From Perkinsela sp. CCAP 1560/9 (lineage: Eukaryota; Protista; Euglenozoa: Kinetoplastea), in contig CBFFSA010000001.1 in NCBI GenBank assembly GCA_965644495.1, positions 1,984,001 to 2,048,000 of the forward strand: a stretch of 64,000 bases of DNA, in the 5' to 3' direction. This document shows, in pieces, positions 21,373 through 32,683 of the stretch. The notes below the pieces were generated by a model, which saw only the letters and a list, made by a program, of their open reading frames with translations, had not been told where the DNA came from and did no database searches. The position numbers and the translations under genes are program-made. Positions within the stretch are counted from its first letter, which is position 1. Each line of letters begins with the position of its first letter.

Positions 21373-21972
21373 ATGTGCATCCTCGCTCACCGCCGCAAAC
21401 TGCGTAAATCCAGCCGTCGTCAACCCACCCACTTGGACGACGAGATCGCAAAAGCCCTCTACGACCTGGAGCTTCACCATCGTAAACTTAAAAACGCCCT
21501 CACCCCGCTTCACATCACCGGGGTCAAAGAGTTCCCCGTGGGGCGCACCCACCGCTGTGTGGTCGTTTACTACCCGCTGCGATTCATGCGAAAGATGCAT
21601 AAAATCCAGTCCGCACTCATCGCCGAGCTCGAGAAGAAGTTCAGCGGGAAGCAGTTTGTGCTGCTGGCCTCACGCAAGGTGATCCAGCGCCCCAAGTGTG
21701 TGTATAAGGCCCAGGAGGTGCCACGCTCGCACACGATGACCGCCGTGCACGAGTCGCTGCTCAGTGACCTGGTCTACCCGTTAGATGTGGTCGCCCAGCG
21801 TACCCGGCACAGTGTCGACGGGACGAAACAGCTGAAGGTGTTTCTCGATGCCAAGGAGAAGGAGAAGGTGGAGAACCGGATCGAGACCTACGCGGCGGTG
21901 TACAAAAAATTGACCGGGAAGGATACCGCGTTCGGGTTTATGACCAACGCTGCGCTGCAGCAGGTGCTGTAG
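21373..21972 (+). CDS. RPS7: 40S ribosomal protein S7 (eS7)
   Basis: LIAELEKKFSGK, PRSHTMTAVHESLLSDLVYP, VYKKLTGK; ATG at 21373. Confidence 0.96.
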   Translation: MCILAHRRKLRKSSRRQPTHLDDEIAKALYDLELHHRKLKNALTPLHITGVKEFPVGRTHRCVVVYYPLRFMRKMHKIQSALIAELEKKFSGKQFVLLASRKVIQRPKCVYKAQEVPRSHTMTAVHESLLSDLVYPLDVVAQRTRHSVDGTKQLKVFLDAKEKEKVENRIETYAAVYKKLTGKDTAFGFMTNAALQQVL

Positions 21973-22244
21973 CAAGGTGGCGGTCGTGTATGAATGAGAA
22001 AAAAAGAGGAAGAGAGTAGAAAGAGGATAAGGTGATGATAAGGAGGAAAAGGAAGTGTGGTGATTTAAGTTAGAAAATAGCTGAACAAAAGTTTTAAATG
22101 TGAAATGTAAAAGTCTATCGTAGAAAATGATTTCTAAGAAAAAAATGCCGAACCTCATACGCATCATGGTTTTACATCAATTACGGTATTTCCCTGGAAA
22201 AAACAATCCTTAGTCGTATTTTTTTGTATTCTCATCTCCAAATT

Positions 22245-22619
22245 ATGCCACCTCAACCGTTTCGTTCCTTTGGGGTACCCCCCGGCTATGGCCGAGGAGA
22301 TCTACTTGGCAACACTAATCCTACAGAAGGGAACACTAATCTTATGGGAATGCCCAGGAATGCTTTACCCCGCACAAACACTCCCGGCATGGAGGTCACC
22401 GGTACGGTGCCTCGATACGATCCCATAGGATACGGTTCCATCACTGATGCTCCGCCCACATTTACTCCATCGTTTCCTATGGCAGAAGGCAATCCTGTGC
22501 CTCGTGAGGAGCAATTTGAGCCAGACACACACAGACGTATCGATACAATTGATCCTCGTCCGCGGGAGGAGAAAGACCCAGATGCCTATCATGATATGTT
22601 CCCCACCCCTCCACAATGA
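22245..22619 (+). CDS. Pro/Gly-rich protein, possibly a minimal PI31-like proteasome regulator
   Basis: YGRGDL...LMG...VPRYDPIG...PDAYH..FPTPP resembles PI31/Fub1 C-terminal motifs (GxxDLxP, GARF/YDPxG). Confidence 0.45.
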   Translation: MPPQPFRSFGVPPGYGRGDLLGNTNPTEGNTNLMGMPRNALPRTNTPGMEVTGTVPRYDPIGYGSITDAPPTFTPSFPMAEGNPVPREEQFEPDTHRRIDTIDPRPREEKDPDAYHDMFPTPPQ

Positions 22620-23345
22620 CCTGAATAGTTGTGGGTCGTTAAATAAAATGAGAAAACAGAGTCATTGATGTCAGTCATGCCGTCTAGCTAAGCAAAATTC
22701 GTGATTTCGAAAAAAGGTCCATAGAATTAGTCTTCGCATACATGAACGGCGATTTGTTCTCTTATGTAAATGTGTTCATAGGATTTCGAGTGAATTTACT
22801 TTGTCCTTTGTCCTTCAATCTCGTTTTAGTTGTACAGAGTTGTAGGTGCCATAGTCCGTATACGAATTTCTTTTGAAGTTTTTCGTGTGGTCGATATCTT
22901 GGATAGGTAGATAATCTACCTACGTGTAGCTTGTTTTGGTTGACGGTTTTATGCAGTCTCATCGATGAGGGTGTGATCTTGTGTGATTTTACGGGTCAAA
23001 AGTGTCCCTTAATTAAATGTCCCGTAATTGATTTGTCCTGTGATTTAATCCCACACTGTACATGATGAAACATTGCTTGTACGAGAGCTAATCCTTGAGA
23101 TATAGCTACCATGATCTCCAAACGATTTCGATTCTGCAATGCTGAATATACAATGTACATGTATGCCTCGATACTGAATTTTGAAAGTGAAAATTCGTGT
23201 ATTTACAGGGTATACAAGGTTTACATTGTTTTGCGCAAGAATATTTGGACCGTTTTATTCCCTACGAATTGTCATCTTGCGTTTAAATAGCAAGTAATCA
23301 GTAGCATTTCTTACCGCTTTTTCTCTTCTCTTTTTTTTCTTACAC

Positions 23346-23717
23346 ATGCTTCGTCGAGTACTTACTCCGGGATCTGCACATCGCTACGCGGGATCCTCAT
23401 TGAAACCAGTACAGGCAGTAGGACTTCCATTGTCCTTGGCGGTTTCGAATCCTCTACATCAACAATCTCTTCGCGCGGCTTCGACCGTGACAGTCTCTAT
23501 TCAAGGATTGCACTACATCGGCACTGGGCTTGCGGCGATTGCTCTGGCGGGCGTTGGTCTGGGAATTGGGACCATTTTTGGCAACCTTTTGGTGGCATGT
23601 GCCCGACAGCCCAACATGGCAAAGGCTCTGTTCAATTATGCGATTTTGGGATTCGCTCTCACCGAGGCCATTGGACTTTTTGCGCTCATGTTGGCCTTTT
23701 TGATGTTGTTCTCTTAG
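23346..23717 (+). CDS. ATP9: Mitochondrial ATP synthase subunit c with presequence
   Basis: [22 protein letters not shown]...ARQPN...[11 protein letters not shown], kinetoplastid-type; MLRR presequence. Confidence 0.97.
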   Translation: MLRRVLTPGSAHRYAGSSLKPVQAVGLPLSLAVSNPLHQQSLRAASTVTVSIQGLHYIGTGLAAIALAGVGLGIGTIFGNLLVACARQPNMAKALFNYAILGFALTEAIGLFALMLAFLMLFS

Positions 23718-24152
23718 GAGGCTCAAGATGTCACGATATGAAAAAAGAACCAATGACACATAAAGATGAAATAAAAAAAACTTATTTTTTACGGGTAGGT
23801 ATTATTTCTTTAAAGTACTATTAGATTGTGAGTATACTCGAATGTGTGCCATGATAATTTTGATATGGAAGAATGATTAGCAAAATTTGTAGAAATACAT
23901 ATTGCACACATTTTTCAAGAATCATGTATTTACGTTCGTGATCCGAAACCATATTTTTTTACAGCTGACTGCAAAAGCGTTTTACGTTGAACCAAATACT
24001 AATAGCTTCAGCAAAATTTCTGTGTTACACTGAAGTGACGTGCCTTATGTAGATAATTTATTTGAAAAAGTTATTTACATGTTACACGCATGTGATATGG
24101 AAAACGGATAGAACTTCGCTTGGAGCTTTTAGAAGTAAACATTTTACCCCAT

Positions 24153-24168
24153 GTTTGTCTTTTTCTAG
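24153..24168 (+). promoter_or_regulatory. Putative trans-splice acceptor (polypyrimidine tract plus AG)
   Basis: gtttgtctttttctAG 6 nt upstream of ATG 24175. Confidence 0.55.
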
Positions 24169-24174
24169 GTCTTC

Positions 24175-25905
24175 ATGTCAGATCTTTCGGTACCTGCCTC
24201 TTCTCCTGCATCACCATTTGATTCCGAAGATGAAAATGCTTCGAGTAGAAAGGAACACGGATTACAGCACGAGTCTTTATCCAACGGCATGCAAGATGAG
24301 GTCAGGTCAGATTCAGTTGATGTACAGCGTGGAACATCTACCAATGAACCAGGTAAGGCCACTGTGTCGCACGAATCAGGACGATCTGAAATATCATTCT
24401 TGGAAGTTGAATCGATGCAGTGCTCCTCTGTTTACACTATGATGCAACGAAATGGGGAAGCGGTACAAGAGTTGGAGGAAGATCTCTTAACTGAATGTGA
24501 AAGCTTTTCTTCGGAAATGGACCCGGATGTAGTAGAAAATGTGGAGGAATCTCAAAATAGCGATAAGGCACCTAAGGAGCGGCGAACGCTATCGGAATTG
24601 GAGGCACCTCCCTCGGACTCCGAGGAAATTGACAAGGACCAGTTCTCAGAAGACATTTTTCAAGAATGTTTCGGAATACGCTTTCAAGATTTGGCTGTAG
24701 ATCCTGAGAATGAGCAAATTGCAAACTCGAAACAGTACATTGCAGCGCTACAAGCCATGCGCGATATCTTTGGAGACGACGACGGACTGGAACAAGCATT
24801 GGCACTTGAGAGAACGGCATCAGGAGATGGTATGGAGAAGCAATCGTTGCGGTCCGTGGTGGAGGCTGCAAGGGCGCAGCAAAGCAAGGAAGAGTTTGCT
24901 GAGATTTTTGGCGCGGGCTACTCCTATGATCCCTCTCTTGATGCTTACTACGGTATGAAACCGCTACTCCTCAGACGTGAGACAGCCCGTGCGCCACCTT
25001 GTCCTACAGGCAAAGTTGCCGTGGTTCGACTTCCCTCCACTTACCCCCACCGGCACATTCTACATCTAAGCGCTAATCGATACGTTCCCTCTGAGGAGAC
25101 TCTTTGGAAAAGTAATTTTCGAAATGTCTACACCCCAGAGAACATCATACGCTGCGCGCGCAAAGAAAACCGTGTACTCAGCAACGCCCGTTATGTGACC
25201 TGGGACAACGGTGACGTGACGCTCCACATTGGTCGTGAGACTCACCTACTGCGTCGTAAAACACGTCAGGAGGATCCTCACCTCCTTATGACCCGAGCAC
25301 AGTTTTCTACACCCAGCGAAAGGCTCGATAAAGGAGAGATCTCCTCTCAAGATCCCTCCTCTCATCTGTTACGTGGAGGTCTTAGCCTCTCGGGTGTACA
25401 GAACCCGATCTCAGTAGAGTATTCTCATGGCACGTCCTCATATTCGGGTGTGGCCTGTGTTCTCGCACATGAAGCTCGACAACGGAGCCATAAAATGCCT
25501 GCCTTAGTTCGTCCAACTATTCCTCCAGAGCAGCGCCCTGCCGTGGATGAACGCCCGAGACGTCCTCCTCGTCCCAACACGCTCGTCCCTGCAGGAATTG
25601 CGGAGATTGTGGATCCGTTGCAGGAGATGGTCAGTGAGAGCATCTATGAGGAAGGGTTGCGTGAGCAGCGACACAGTAATGTAGAAAATGATGAGGAAAT
25701 CTCTCCTATCTTACGTAATCGTCTGCGAGAAGCGCTGAAACAAATTACCGTTGTGATGGAGAGCGTTGGGGTCGCGGAGCGAACTCAGTTGGAAATTTAC
25801 TGTGCTCCTCTTTATCAAATTTTGGAAAATAGTGAGGCAACTTCTCATGTGCTTCGTAAAGGGCTTCAATCTTGCGAGGAAATTTCTTCACTGTATCACT
25901 TGTGA
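24175..25905 (+). CDS. LEO1: Leo1-like Paf1 complex subunit
   Basis: ENIIR..., SNARYVTWDNGDVTLHIGRE matches the Leo1 core SNARxVxWSDGSxxLxxG; acidic N-terminus. Confidence 0.75.
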   Translation: MSDLSVPASSPASPFDSEDENASSRKEHGLQHESLSNGMQDEVRSDSVDVQRGTSTNEPGKATVSHESGRSEISFLEVESMQCSSVYTMMQRNGEAVQELEEDLLTECESFSSEMDPDVVENVEESQNSDKAPKERRTLSELEAPPSDSEEIDKDQFSEDIFQECFGIRFQDLAVDPENEQIANSKQYIAALQAMRDIFGDDDGLEQALALERTASGDGMEKQSLRSVVEAARAQQSKEEFAEIFGAGYSYDPSLDAYYGMKPLLLRRETARAPPCPTGKVAVVRLPSTYPHRHILHLSANRYVPSEETLWKSNFRNVYTPENIIRCARKENRVLSNARYVTWDNGDVTLHIGRETHLLRRKTRQEDPHLLMTRAQFSTPSERLDKGEISSQDPSSHLLRGGLSLSGVQNPISVEYSHGTSSYSGVACVLAHEARQRSHKMPALVRPTIPPEQRPAVDERPRRPPRPNTLVPAGIAEIVDPLQEMVSESIYEEGLREQRHSNVENDEEISPILRNRLREALKQITVVMESVGVAERTQLEIYCAPLYQILENSEATSHVLRKGLQSCEEISSLYHL

Positions 25906-26370
25906 TGGTTGTGTTGGCTGTCAATGCTTCATTTTAGTCATACATTTTTCTGGATTCAATACATAGCAGAGCATCCCGTGTGCAAGTTAAATACTCGACG
26001 ATTTTTTACATATCTAATATCAGTACACTGGCGGCATATCCGTACACTGGTGTTCGAAATGAAGATATGATCAAATGCGTGATTATCTTTCGCATCTTGC
26101 TTTGCGGTGAAAGTTTTCAGGAAGCGTTCTACCAACGGATTGTTAGTACTCACTTTATTAGGCAGCAAAGATTTCTTGAGCTGTGAACATGCCTCAGAAG
26201 ATGTGTGATCAAGACAGCTTGAAGACCAACAGTTTACTTTTACTAACGTAAATTTTGAAAAAATTAAATACAATCTAAAGTGTTTGGGATTCATGTGATT
26301 CAGTCTGTGATTTTATCTACTTTGAAACGGCTCTCAAAGTTCACTAAAATTCCTTTCCTTTTCTATTGAC

Positions 26371-26898
26371 ATGATTCGCAATCCTCCGGAAGGGTACAGT
26401 CGTCATTTTTGGATGGGTCCATACCGCTCCCAGGCCGTGTTGCAGCCCGACTGCTTTCTACGAGAGCCGCTTGCGCAACGCCATCGATCGCGTCAGCAGC
26501 GAAGGCAAAACACACAACGCCTGCAGCAATTCGTTCACAAAACACGATTTCAAAACCTTAGTTTGGACGACGCAGCTACTTTGGTGAACAGTGCCGTACG
26601 AGGCCATCGTGCTCGACAGTCGAATGCGGTAATTTCATGGCTGAACGGTTCTCTTGTACCGTTAGAAGACATCCGTTCTCATAACGAGACCACACATGAA
26701 AAGCTAAGTGAGCTACTCCGAAGTCAAGGCCTTGATCCCACGGAAGCACTTGTGGCACCTCTTTCGGAAGTGCCCCTTCCCGGTTGCACGGATGAGGAAA
26801 TCACTGCTTACAACGATGAGGCTTTGGCATGTGCAAAGCAAATCGCTGCAAAGTATGGGCCCATTCGAGAGATCCTTTTTATCACTGGTACAGAATAA
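26371..26898 (+). CDS. Hypothetical protein
   Basis: 175-aa ATG ORF on the cluster strand. Confidence 0.6.
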   Translation: MIRNPPEGYSRHFWMGPYRSQAVLQPDCFLREPLAQRHRSRQQRRQNTQRLQQFVHKTRFQNLSLDDAATLVNSAVRGHRARQSNAVISWLNGSLVPLEDIRSHNETTHEKLSELLRSQGLDPTEALVAPLSEVPLPGCTDEEITAYNDEALACAKQIAAKYGPIREILFITGTE

Positions 26899-27530
26899 AA
26901 AATATTTGAGCCTTTATTTTTCTGTAATGGTGTTTTCCTATCCCCTATGAGTTACCTTTTACTATGCAGCGTAGAATACTTTTACAAGTATTACAACTTG
27001 AAGTGTGTGTCTATTCTATGGAACAAGAAAATTAATCTATAGGGCCTATTTTTCGTAACCATGTTGTTAGAACGTTGTTGATGCTCCAAGGTGGTAGTCC
27101 TTGTCAGAACAGCTAGTCATATTTTCGATAACACATTTAGATTCATTATACAGGCGTCTTTTTTTAGAAATCCTATATTCATTGTATTTAATCAACAATC
27201 AAACTGTCCTATTCGTAGAAGCGAACACCTATACCCTAGTTCGTTAAAACTCGAAACCCTCGTTAGATGATTCTTCAAAAAAAGAATCCGATACGGGTCA
27301 ATCTCTACATTCCGAGCATTACCCCAGAACACACACACAACCTCCTCTATACACACATTCCATCCAAGTCCAAGCCAAACTTTTCTACCCTTCCCCCCTC
27401 TGCTCTTTCTTCACACCCCCCCATGTTCCCCCCCTTCCACCCCTAACCCCCCCTCCACCCCCTACCCTTCCCCTCACAGCCTCCCCCCCTCCCTCCCATC
27501 CCCTACCCTTCCCCCCTCCCCATCCCCCCC

Positions 27531-28910
27531 ATGTCCCTCCCCCTCCCCCCCCTCCCCCTCCGCTCCATGACCCGTCACGCCCTCACCGGCACCCCGCCCC
27601 CCACCCGCTCCACCCTCCTCTCCACGGTCACCAACAAAATGGACCAAGCCGCCCACCTCCTCCCCACCACCCTCTCCCTCCACACCCCCCTCCTCCCCGG
27701 CCCCCCCCGTCGCACCGCCTTCGTCCGCACCCCCACCACCGAGCTCGGTCTCTCCCCCTCCATCGTCTCCTGGCTCTCCGCCCATGGCATCCACGCCTTC
27801 ACCCCCACCCAGGCCGCGGTCCTCGGGGCCATGCTCCGGGGGACCAGCGTGGTGGCCCAGGCGGAGACGGCCTCGGGGAAGTCCCTCGCGGCGGCGCTCG
27901 GGGCCGCGCACCGGCTCCTCCACGGGCTCGTCGCGGCGTCCCGCGTGCACACCGTCGTGGTGGTCCCCAGCGAGGGGGTGGGGCGGCAGTACGTGCGGTG
28001 GGTGTCCGCGGTCGCGGGGGGGTCGCGGCACGTGGTGGGGTGGGTGGGGGAGGGGGAGGGGGGGAGGGGGGTGGAGGAGAGGCTGATGGGGTTACGGGGG
28101 GTGGCCCCGCATGTGCTGGTGGGGACGGTGGGGGGGGTTGCGATGGTGCGGAAGTATGCGCCGGAGTTGTGGGGGGTGAAACTGCGAAAGGTGGTGGATA
28201 CGTTGGTGGTGGATGAGGTGGATGCGGTGTTGGCACAGGATGGGGGGGTGGAGCTGGTGGAGAGGTTGTATCGGAGACAACGGGATGAGATTCCGGCGCA
28301 GCTGGTGGCGTTGTCCGCGACGATGGATACCCGGACGCGACGACAGGTGAATCGGTGGGTGCGGGATGAGAGTAATGTGTTGCGGGTGTGTAGCTCCGCG
28401 ATGGAGCATGCCCTGCCGGAGAATTTGTCGTATTTTTTGTACTGTGACCCGACACGGCGTGGGGCCGCGCTGCTCGCCAATGTGCTGTTGTACAGTCAAT
28501 ATGTGAAGGAGGGGGGGTTTCGTCCGTTGGTGTGTGTTCCCACGTCCGAGCACAAGGCGGAGTTGCGGCAGACAATGCAGGAAATAGTCCGTCCGAAACT
28601 ACAGTCCACGTCTTGTGTGCCCAAGGACGATTCCTGTGGCTTTCTCCAGACCTCCCCGATTGAAATTTCTTCAAAGATACTGGTGTCGGATTTCGAGGAG
28701 ACGCGCGGGTTAAACTATGAGGGCATCTCGGATGTTATTATTTACGGAGGCGTTCCCTCACCCGCGCAGTTTGTGCACTTAGCGGGATGTGCTGCGCGCA
28801 ACGGGGGCAAGGGGGAAGTGAGTCTAATTTTTTCCCCATACGACTCGAGGAGTGTGCAACGTCTTTGTAGTGTTTATGATATTCCGTACAAATTATCAGT
28901 TTGTAGATGA
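27531..28910 (+). CDS. DEAD-box helicase-like protein with degenerate motifs
   Basis: FTPTQ, AETASGKS, VVDEVD, LSAT, TRGLN, HLAGCAARNG; start uncertain in the poly-C region. Confidence 0.8.
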   Translation: MSLPLPPLPLRSMTRHALTGTPPPTRSTLLSTVTNKMDQAAHLLPTTLSLHTPLLPGPPRRTAFVRTPTTELGLSPSIVSWLSAHGIHAFTPTQAAVLGAMLRGTSVVAQAETASGKSLAAALGAAHRLLHGLVAASRVHTVVVVPSEGVGRQYVRWVSAVAGGSRHVVGWVGEGEGGRGVEERLMGLRGVAPHVLVGTVGGVAMVRKYAPELWGVKLRKVVDTLVVDEVDAVLAQDGGVELVERLYRRQRDEIPAQLVALSATMDTRTRRQVNRWVRDESNVLRVCSSAMEHALPENLSYFLYCDPTRRGAALLANVLLYSQYVKEGGFRPLVCVPTSEHKAELRQTMQEIVRPKLQSTSCVPKDDSCGFLQTSPIEISSKILVSDFEETRGLNYEGISDVIIYGGVPSPAQFVHLAGCAARNGGKGEVSLIFSPYDSRSVQRLCSVYDIPYKLSVCR

Positions 28911-28927
28911 AGATTTGCTTAAGTGTG

Positions 28928-28962
28928 TGATCTCTTAGGGAAATTATTTACCTAAGAGATCA
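28928..28962. repeat. 35-bp near-perfect palindrome just after the helicase stop
   Basis: tgatctcttagg-gaaattattta-cctaagagatca. Confidence 0.85.
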
Positions 28963-29663
28963 TTTCAAATGATAACACTTGAAATATGGAATCCAACGCT
29001 TTAAATACGGTAAAGCGCATACGTACAGCCTTGCATGAACAGCGAAGAATGACAAAGATGTCCCGCAAATCCCACGAACCCGAAAAACATGCGGGAGGTG
29101 TGTTCTAGAGAGACTCGAAATTAGTCCATCTTAAGGAGTTTTGACGTTGAAAAAGTGAAAATACCAGTGGAGTCTTCGTTTCCACTACATATTCGCTTTG
29201 CTGAATGTCACCAGCGTGTATTCGCTTTGCTGAACTTCACCAGCGATGGGTATGGAATCATACAGCGCGCATGCAAATCCTTTTCCTGAAGTCTTTACTA
29301 TTCCTGGTGCTTTTTCACTCTTAAACAGCTCATGAGTAATATTGAGAAAATCGTTTTGTACTTGAGAGTGCAAGATTATAGCCCATCGGGAGTACTCTAA
29401 GGCGAAATACGTATTCCCCAATTCGTACGCAACATGCAAGAGCTGTTAGAGAAAGCATATGCTGTCATTTTGTAACATTTTCTCTATTTCTGCATTCTGT
29501 TTATTACACTGTAGCTACGATTGGTTGCTGTACAAACTGCAGTTTGCATACTTTATGGGTTTTTAACATCAATTTTGAAGAATAAATTCTCCCAGTGTTT
29601 ATGGCATATGCTTCTTTGCGTATCACACATTCGTAAGCTTCGATTTTCTTTAGCAACTCGATC

Positions 29664-30005
29664 ATGTGTATCAATCCAGTAGAATTTTGCACAACGGAAA
29701 AGCACTTCGATGCCGAAGAGAAGCAAACGGAAAGAGAAGTGCCTCCAAATGTTTTCTTTGATTTAAATTTAGAAAATGATTCAGCAAGCGAAACACTTTC
29801 TGTGATCAATCAGCAGCCCAGAAGTGGTCTCACTTTAGAAAGGATTTGTAGCATGCATGTAAACGCTTTGAAATATCAAGACGTTGGAGAACGACATCTT
29901 TTTCATATCGGTTTGCGAGATGCAAAGACACAAATGCTGCTTGAAGAAACCACTGATATACTACACTGGCTGCAATACTTTTGCCTCGAAAACATTGAAG
30001 CTTGA
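29664..30005 (+). CDS. Small hypothetical protein
   Basis: 113-aa ATG ORF on the cluster strand; no motif recognised. Confidence 0.35.
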   Translation: MCINPVEFCTTEKHFDAEEKQTEREVPPNVFFDLNLENDSASETLSVINQQPRSGLTLERICSMHVNALKYQDVGERHLFHIGLRDAKTQMLLEETTDILHWLQYFCLENIEA

Positions 30006-30283
30006 ATATGCAAGTTTTCTTTTCTTTGCTGTTTTAACTCATGGAGCGGATAGAAATTTACATTAAAAAAATATTTTTTTTCTTTCTTGCTGTGTTTTTC
30101 CTTGCTTTCATTTAGTAAGTTCTTGTTATTGTGAACAAGTTACTGATTTTGTCGGTGGTAAGAAACTGAGTGAGATACAAACTGAGATAGGAAAATTGAA
30201 GTAAGATTAATTAAAAAAGGAGAGTCACGTTTTTTATCCTATAAATTTTCATACATATTTTTTAGCTCATACGCCTACCCATC

Positions 30284-31042
30284 ATGTCCTCTGACGATTC
30301 GGATGAAGATTTCCGCACGCTTCGCCGGCGACCACGAAAGAATCGCGAGGCCCAGTACGCCCAGGAGGATGCCGCTGCGGAAGGTATTGTAAATCTCGCC
30401 ACCACAGACCTTGACGCACTCTCTCTTGGTGATTTCCTAAAAGCCTACGAACGACGTCCTAGACCTCAGCAGATATGTCGCACAGGTGCAGCTCACCCAA
30501 ACGCCAGGACGCGCATTCCATCCTGGTCCGAGTTGGAGACCAATACGGCCCCCTACCCCTACATTCGCATGTTACAACGCGCAAGTCACTGCGCTCGAGA
30601 GCGAAACCCGGAGGCCATTCGGGCCGGAGAGGGGACGATTCAAATTCTGGGCCCGAAAATGCAAAAAGACGGGCCTCGGAAAACTGTGATTACAAACTTC
30701 CGAGATGTCTGTGCCTCCATGGCCCGCACCGAGGAGAACGTCATGGACTTTTTAACCAAGGAACTTAGCACGACGGGAAATTTGGATTCTAATCTGTGCC
30801 TGGTGTTGAAAGGGAGCTACCGCGACCACAACTTGGAGAAAGCCCTGCGTAAATACGCCGATGAGTTTATCGTGTGCTATGCCTGTGGCTCTGGCCAGAC
30901 CACACTCTCGCGCGACCCCGTATCTCGTCTTTTTGAGCTTAAATGTGAAAAATGCAATGCGTCGCGAAATGTGTCGTCCGCGACAGCCGGATTTGCCGCC
31001 CAGACCACACGGCGTGCCATTCAAAGAATGAAGCAAGGCTAG
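30284..31042 (+). CDS. eIF2beta: Translation initiation factor 2 beta subunit
   Basis: KTVITNFRDVC..M.R, FLTKELSTTGNLD, C2-C2 ribbon CYAC...CEKC. Confidence 0.9.
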   Translation: MSSDDSDEDFRTLRRRPRKNREAQYAQEDAAAEGIVNLATTDLDALSLGDFLKAYERRPRPQQICRTGAAHPNARTRIPSWSELETNTAPYPYIRMLQRASHCARERNPEAIRAGEGTIQILGPKMQKDGPRKTVITNFRDVCASMARTEENVMDFLTKELSTTGNLDSNLCLVLKGSYRDHNLEKALRKYADEFIVCYACGSGQTTLSRDPVSRLFELKCEKCNASRNVSSATAGFAAQTTRRAIQRMKQG

Positions 31043-31174
31043 ATAATGGGAAACGGATGGGAATTTTGAGAAACAAGTGGGCATGGAAGAAAACAGATCA
31101 TGTTCCTTTTTGTTGATTTTATAGTCATGCAATTTGATATGAAATTTTCGTAAACTTTGCAGTTTTTTCTGGCC

Positions 31175-31229
31175 ATTCTTACTTATCGACTATGATTCTT
31201 ACTTATCGACTACGATCCTTACTTATCGA
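31175..31229. repeat. 20-bp tandem repeat, about 3 units
   Basis: attcttacttatcgactatg units. Confidence 0.9.
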
Positions 31230-31572
31230 GTTGTGCTGTTCATTTTTTTCGGAATAACGCTTCAATAGAAAGAAAACTCGCTTTAAATTTAAATAGCTTC
31301 GCTCGGTCTGCTTAAAAGATTTTTAATTTGAAAAGAATATGGAAGATGTACCGTACAAACATCGGTTCACGCAGCATGCAGTATTGTCAATATTATTGAC
31401 GTCAATTATTGAATAATTGACGTTAAAGTAAATATACCAAGACGGCGAAAAAATATGAATCGATTTCAAATTAAATTTTAAGTAGTTGAACTGCAGTAAT
31501 TCTATGTTATTTGAAAATAAATGAAACGTTTTTTGCTCTAAGATAAAATAAAACTTTGTTTCATTTGACATT

Positions 31573-32640
31573 ATGATTACGTATCGCTTTGACACTCTGA
31601 GCACAAGTGCCTTAGGTATATGTGGCTATACTATCACGGCTGGTTATGCATGTGTAGCATTATGGAAATGGAGGCGGAGAAATGCAACTTCGAGCCTCGA
31701 CTCTTCACAAGCACCAGACGATCTTGAAAAAGAAAGGACCATTTTTGCTTTTGTACGAGGCAGGCGAATTTTGCCAGTATGTGCCAAATCTCTATATGCT
31801 TTCGGGGTGTCCTTTATTGGTACCTTACTGTTTTACCTCGAGCCACGAATTCCGCTAGCACTACCCGCGGCGCTCACTTTTATTTGTGGTTTGCTTAATT
31901 TGACTTCTCCAAGCGAAGCTCTGTCTCCTCGCGGAAGAAATGGAATGTTGACTCTTCTTTCGCTTTCTTGTGGATACGCCATGGGTCCAATTAATGTCAC
32001 TTTTCCTAGTATGATTGCACTACCATTCTACTCATGTGTGTTCTCCACTTTATTGAGTCACATGGTGGCAAGTAAAGTTTGTCAAACGTCCTCGTGGTAT
32101 TTGATACACGCGTTGATCTGCAGCTTAACCTTCGGAAATTCGTTGTTGGAAAGTATATTCAAGCACCCAGGGCGCGCCCTCCCCTTTCATATATGGCAAA
32201 TAGTCCAGAGCGGTATTTGCGTAGGGATGACTGTATACGGCTGGTATGCCTGCATTGGTTCTCGACAACGAAGGTCGGGGACAGTAAAAGAGGTGTATGT
32301 TGCAATGGACGATCCTGCCAAACAGGATTGTATGATTCATCGAGACACAACAATTATTTTTGGTGCTACAGCCTCCATTTTGTTTATTATTACGCGTCAA
32401 CTCATGCGAAAAGTATTCAGGAGACGAGGTCCACCTCAGTCTTCTCATAATACTGCCTCCTCGACTATTATATGGCCGGGTTATCCCACCATCGGTCTCC
32501 ACGTGGGGTTCTCAGATATAAGCTCGGCTTTGATCTGTGTCGCAGGGTACATATTAGCTGTCAGCAAATTGCAACATACATATGGCACAACGTGTGGTCA
32601 TCGCATGAGCGAACTGGGGCGTGGCATTATGGGTTCGTAA
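31573..32640 (+). CDS. Multi-pass membrane protein, function unknown
   Basis: 355-aa ORF with several hydrophobic segments. Confidence 0.65.
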   Translation: MITYRFDTLSTSALGICGYTITAGYACVALWKWRRRNATSSLDSSQAPDDLEKERTIFAFVRGRRILPVCAKSLYAFGVSFIGTLLFYLEPRIPLALPAALTFICGLLNLTSPSEALSPRGRNGMLTLLSLSCGYAMGPINVTFPSMIALPFYSCVFSTLLSHMVASKVCQTSSWYLIHALICSLTFGNSLLESIFKHPGRALPFHIWQIVQSGICVGMTVYGWYACIGSRQRRSGTVKEVYVAMDDPAKQDCMIHRDTTIIFGATASILFIITRQLMRKVFRRRGPPQSSHNTASSTIIWPGYPTIGLHVGFSDISSALICVAGYILAVSKLQHTYGTTCGHRMSELGRGIMGS

Positions 32641-32683
32641 GCATTCTAGGACCGTTAATCTTTTTTCAGACCTTACTGAACTA

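Noticed and set aside
29185-29809. Minus-strand ORFs suggesting a strand switch
   Set aside because: Short, non-ATG or motif-free, and overlapping a plus-strand ORF; insufficient support.
31175-31229. Short repeats as CRISPR-like arrays (also 14406-14454 and 57520-57615)
   Set aside because: Head-to-tail repeats without unique spacers, eukaryotic context and no cas genes.
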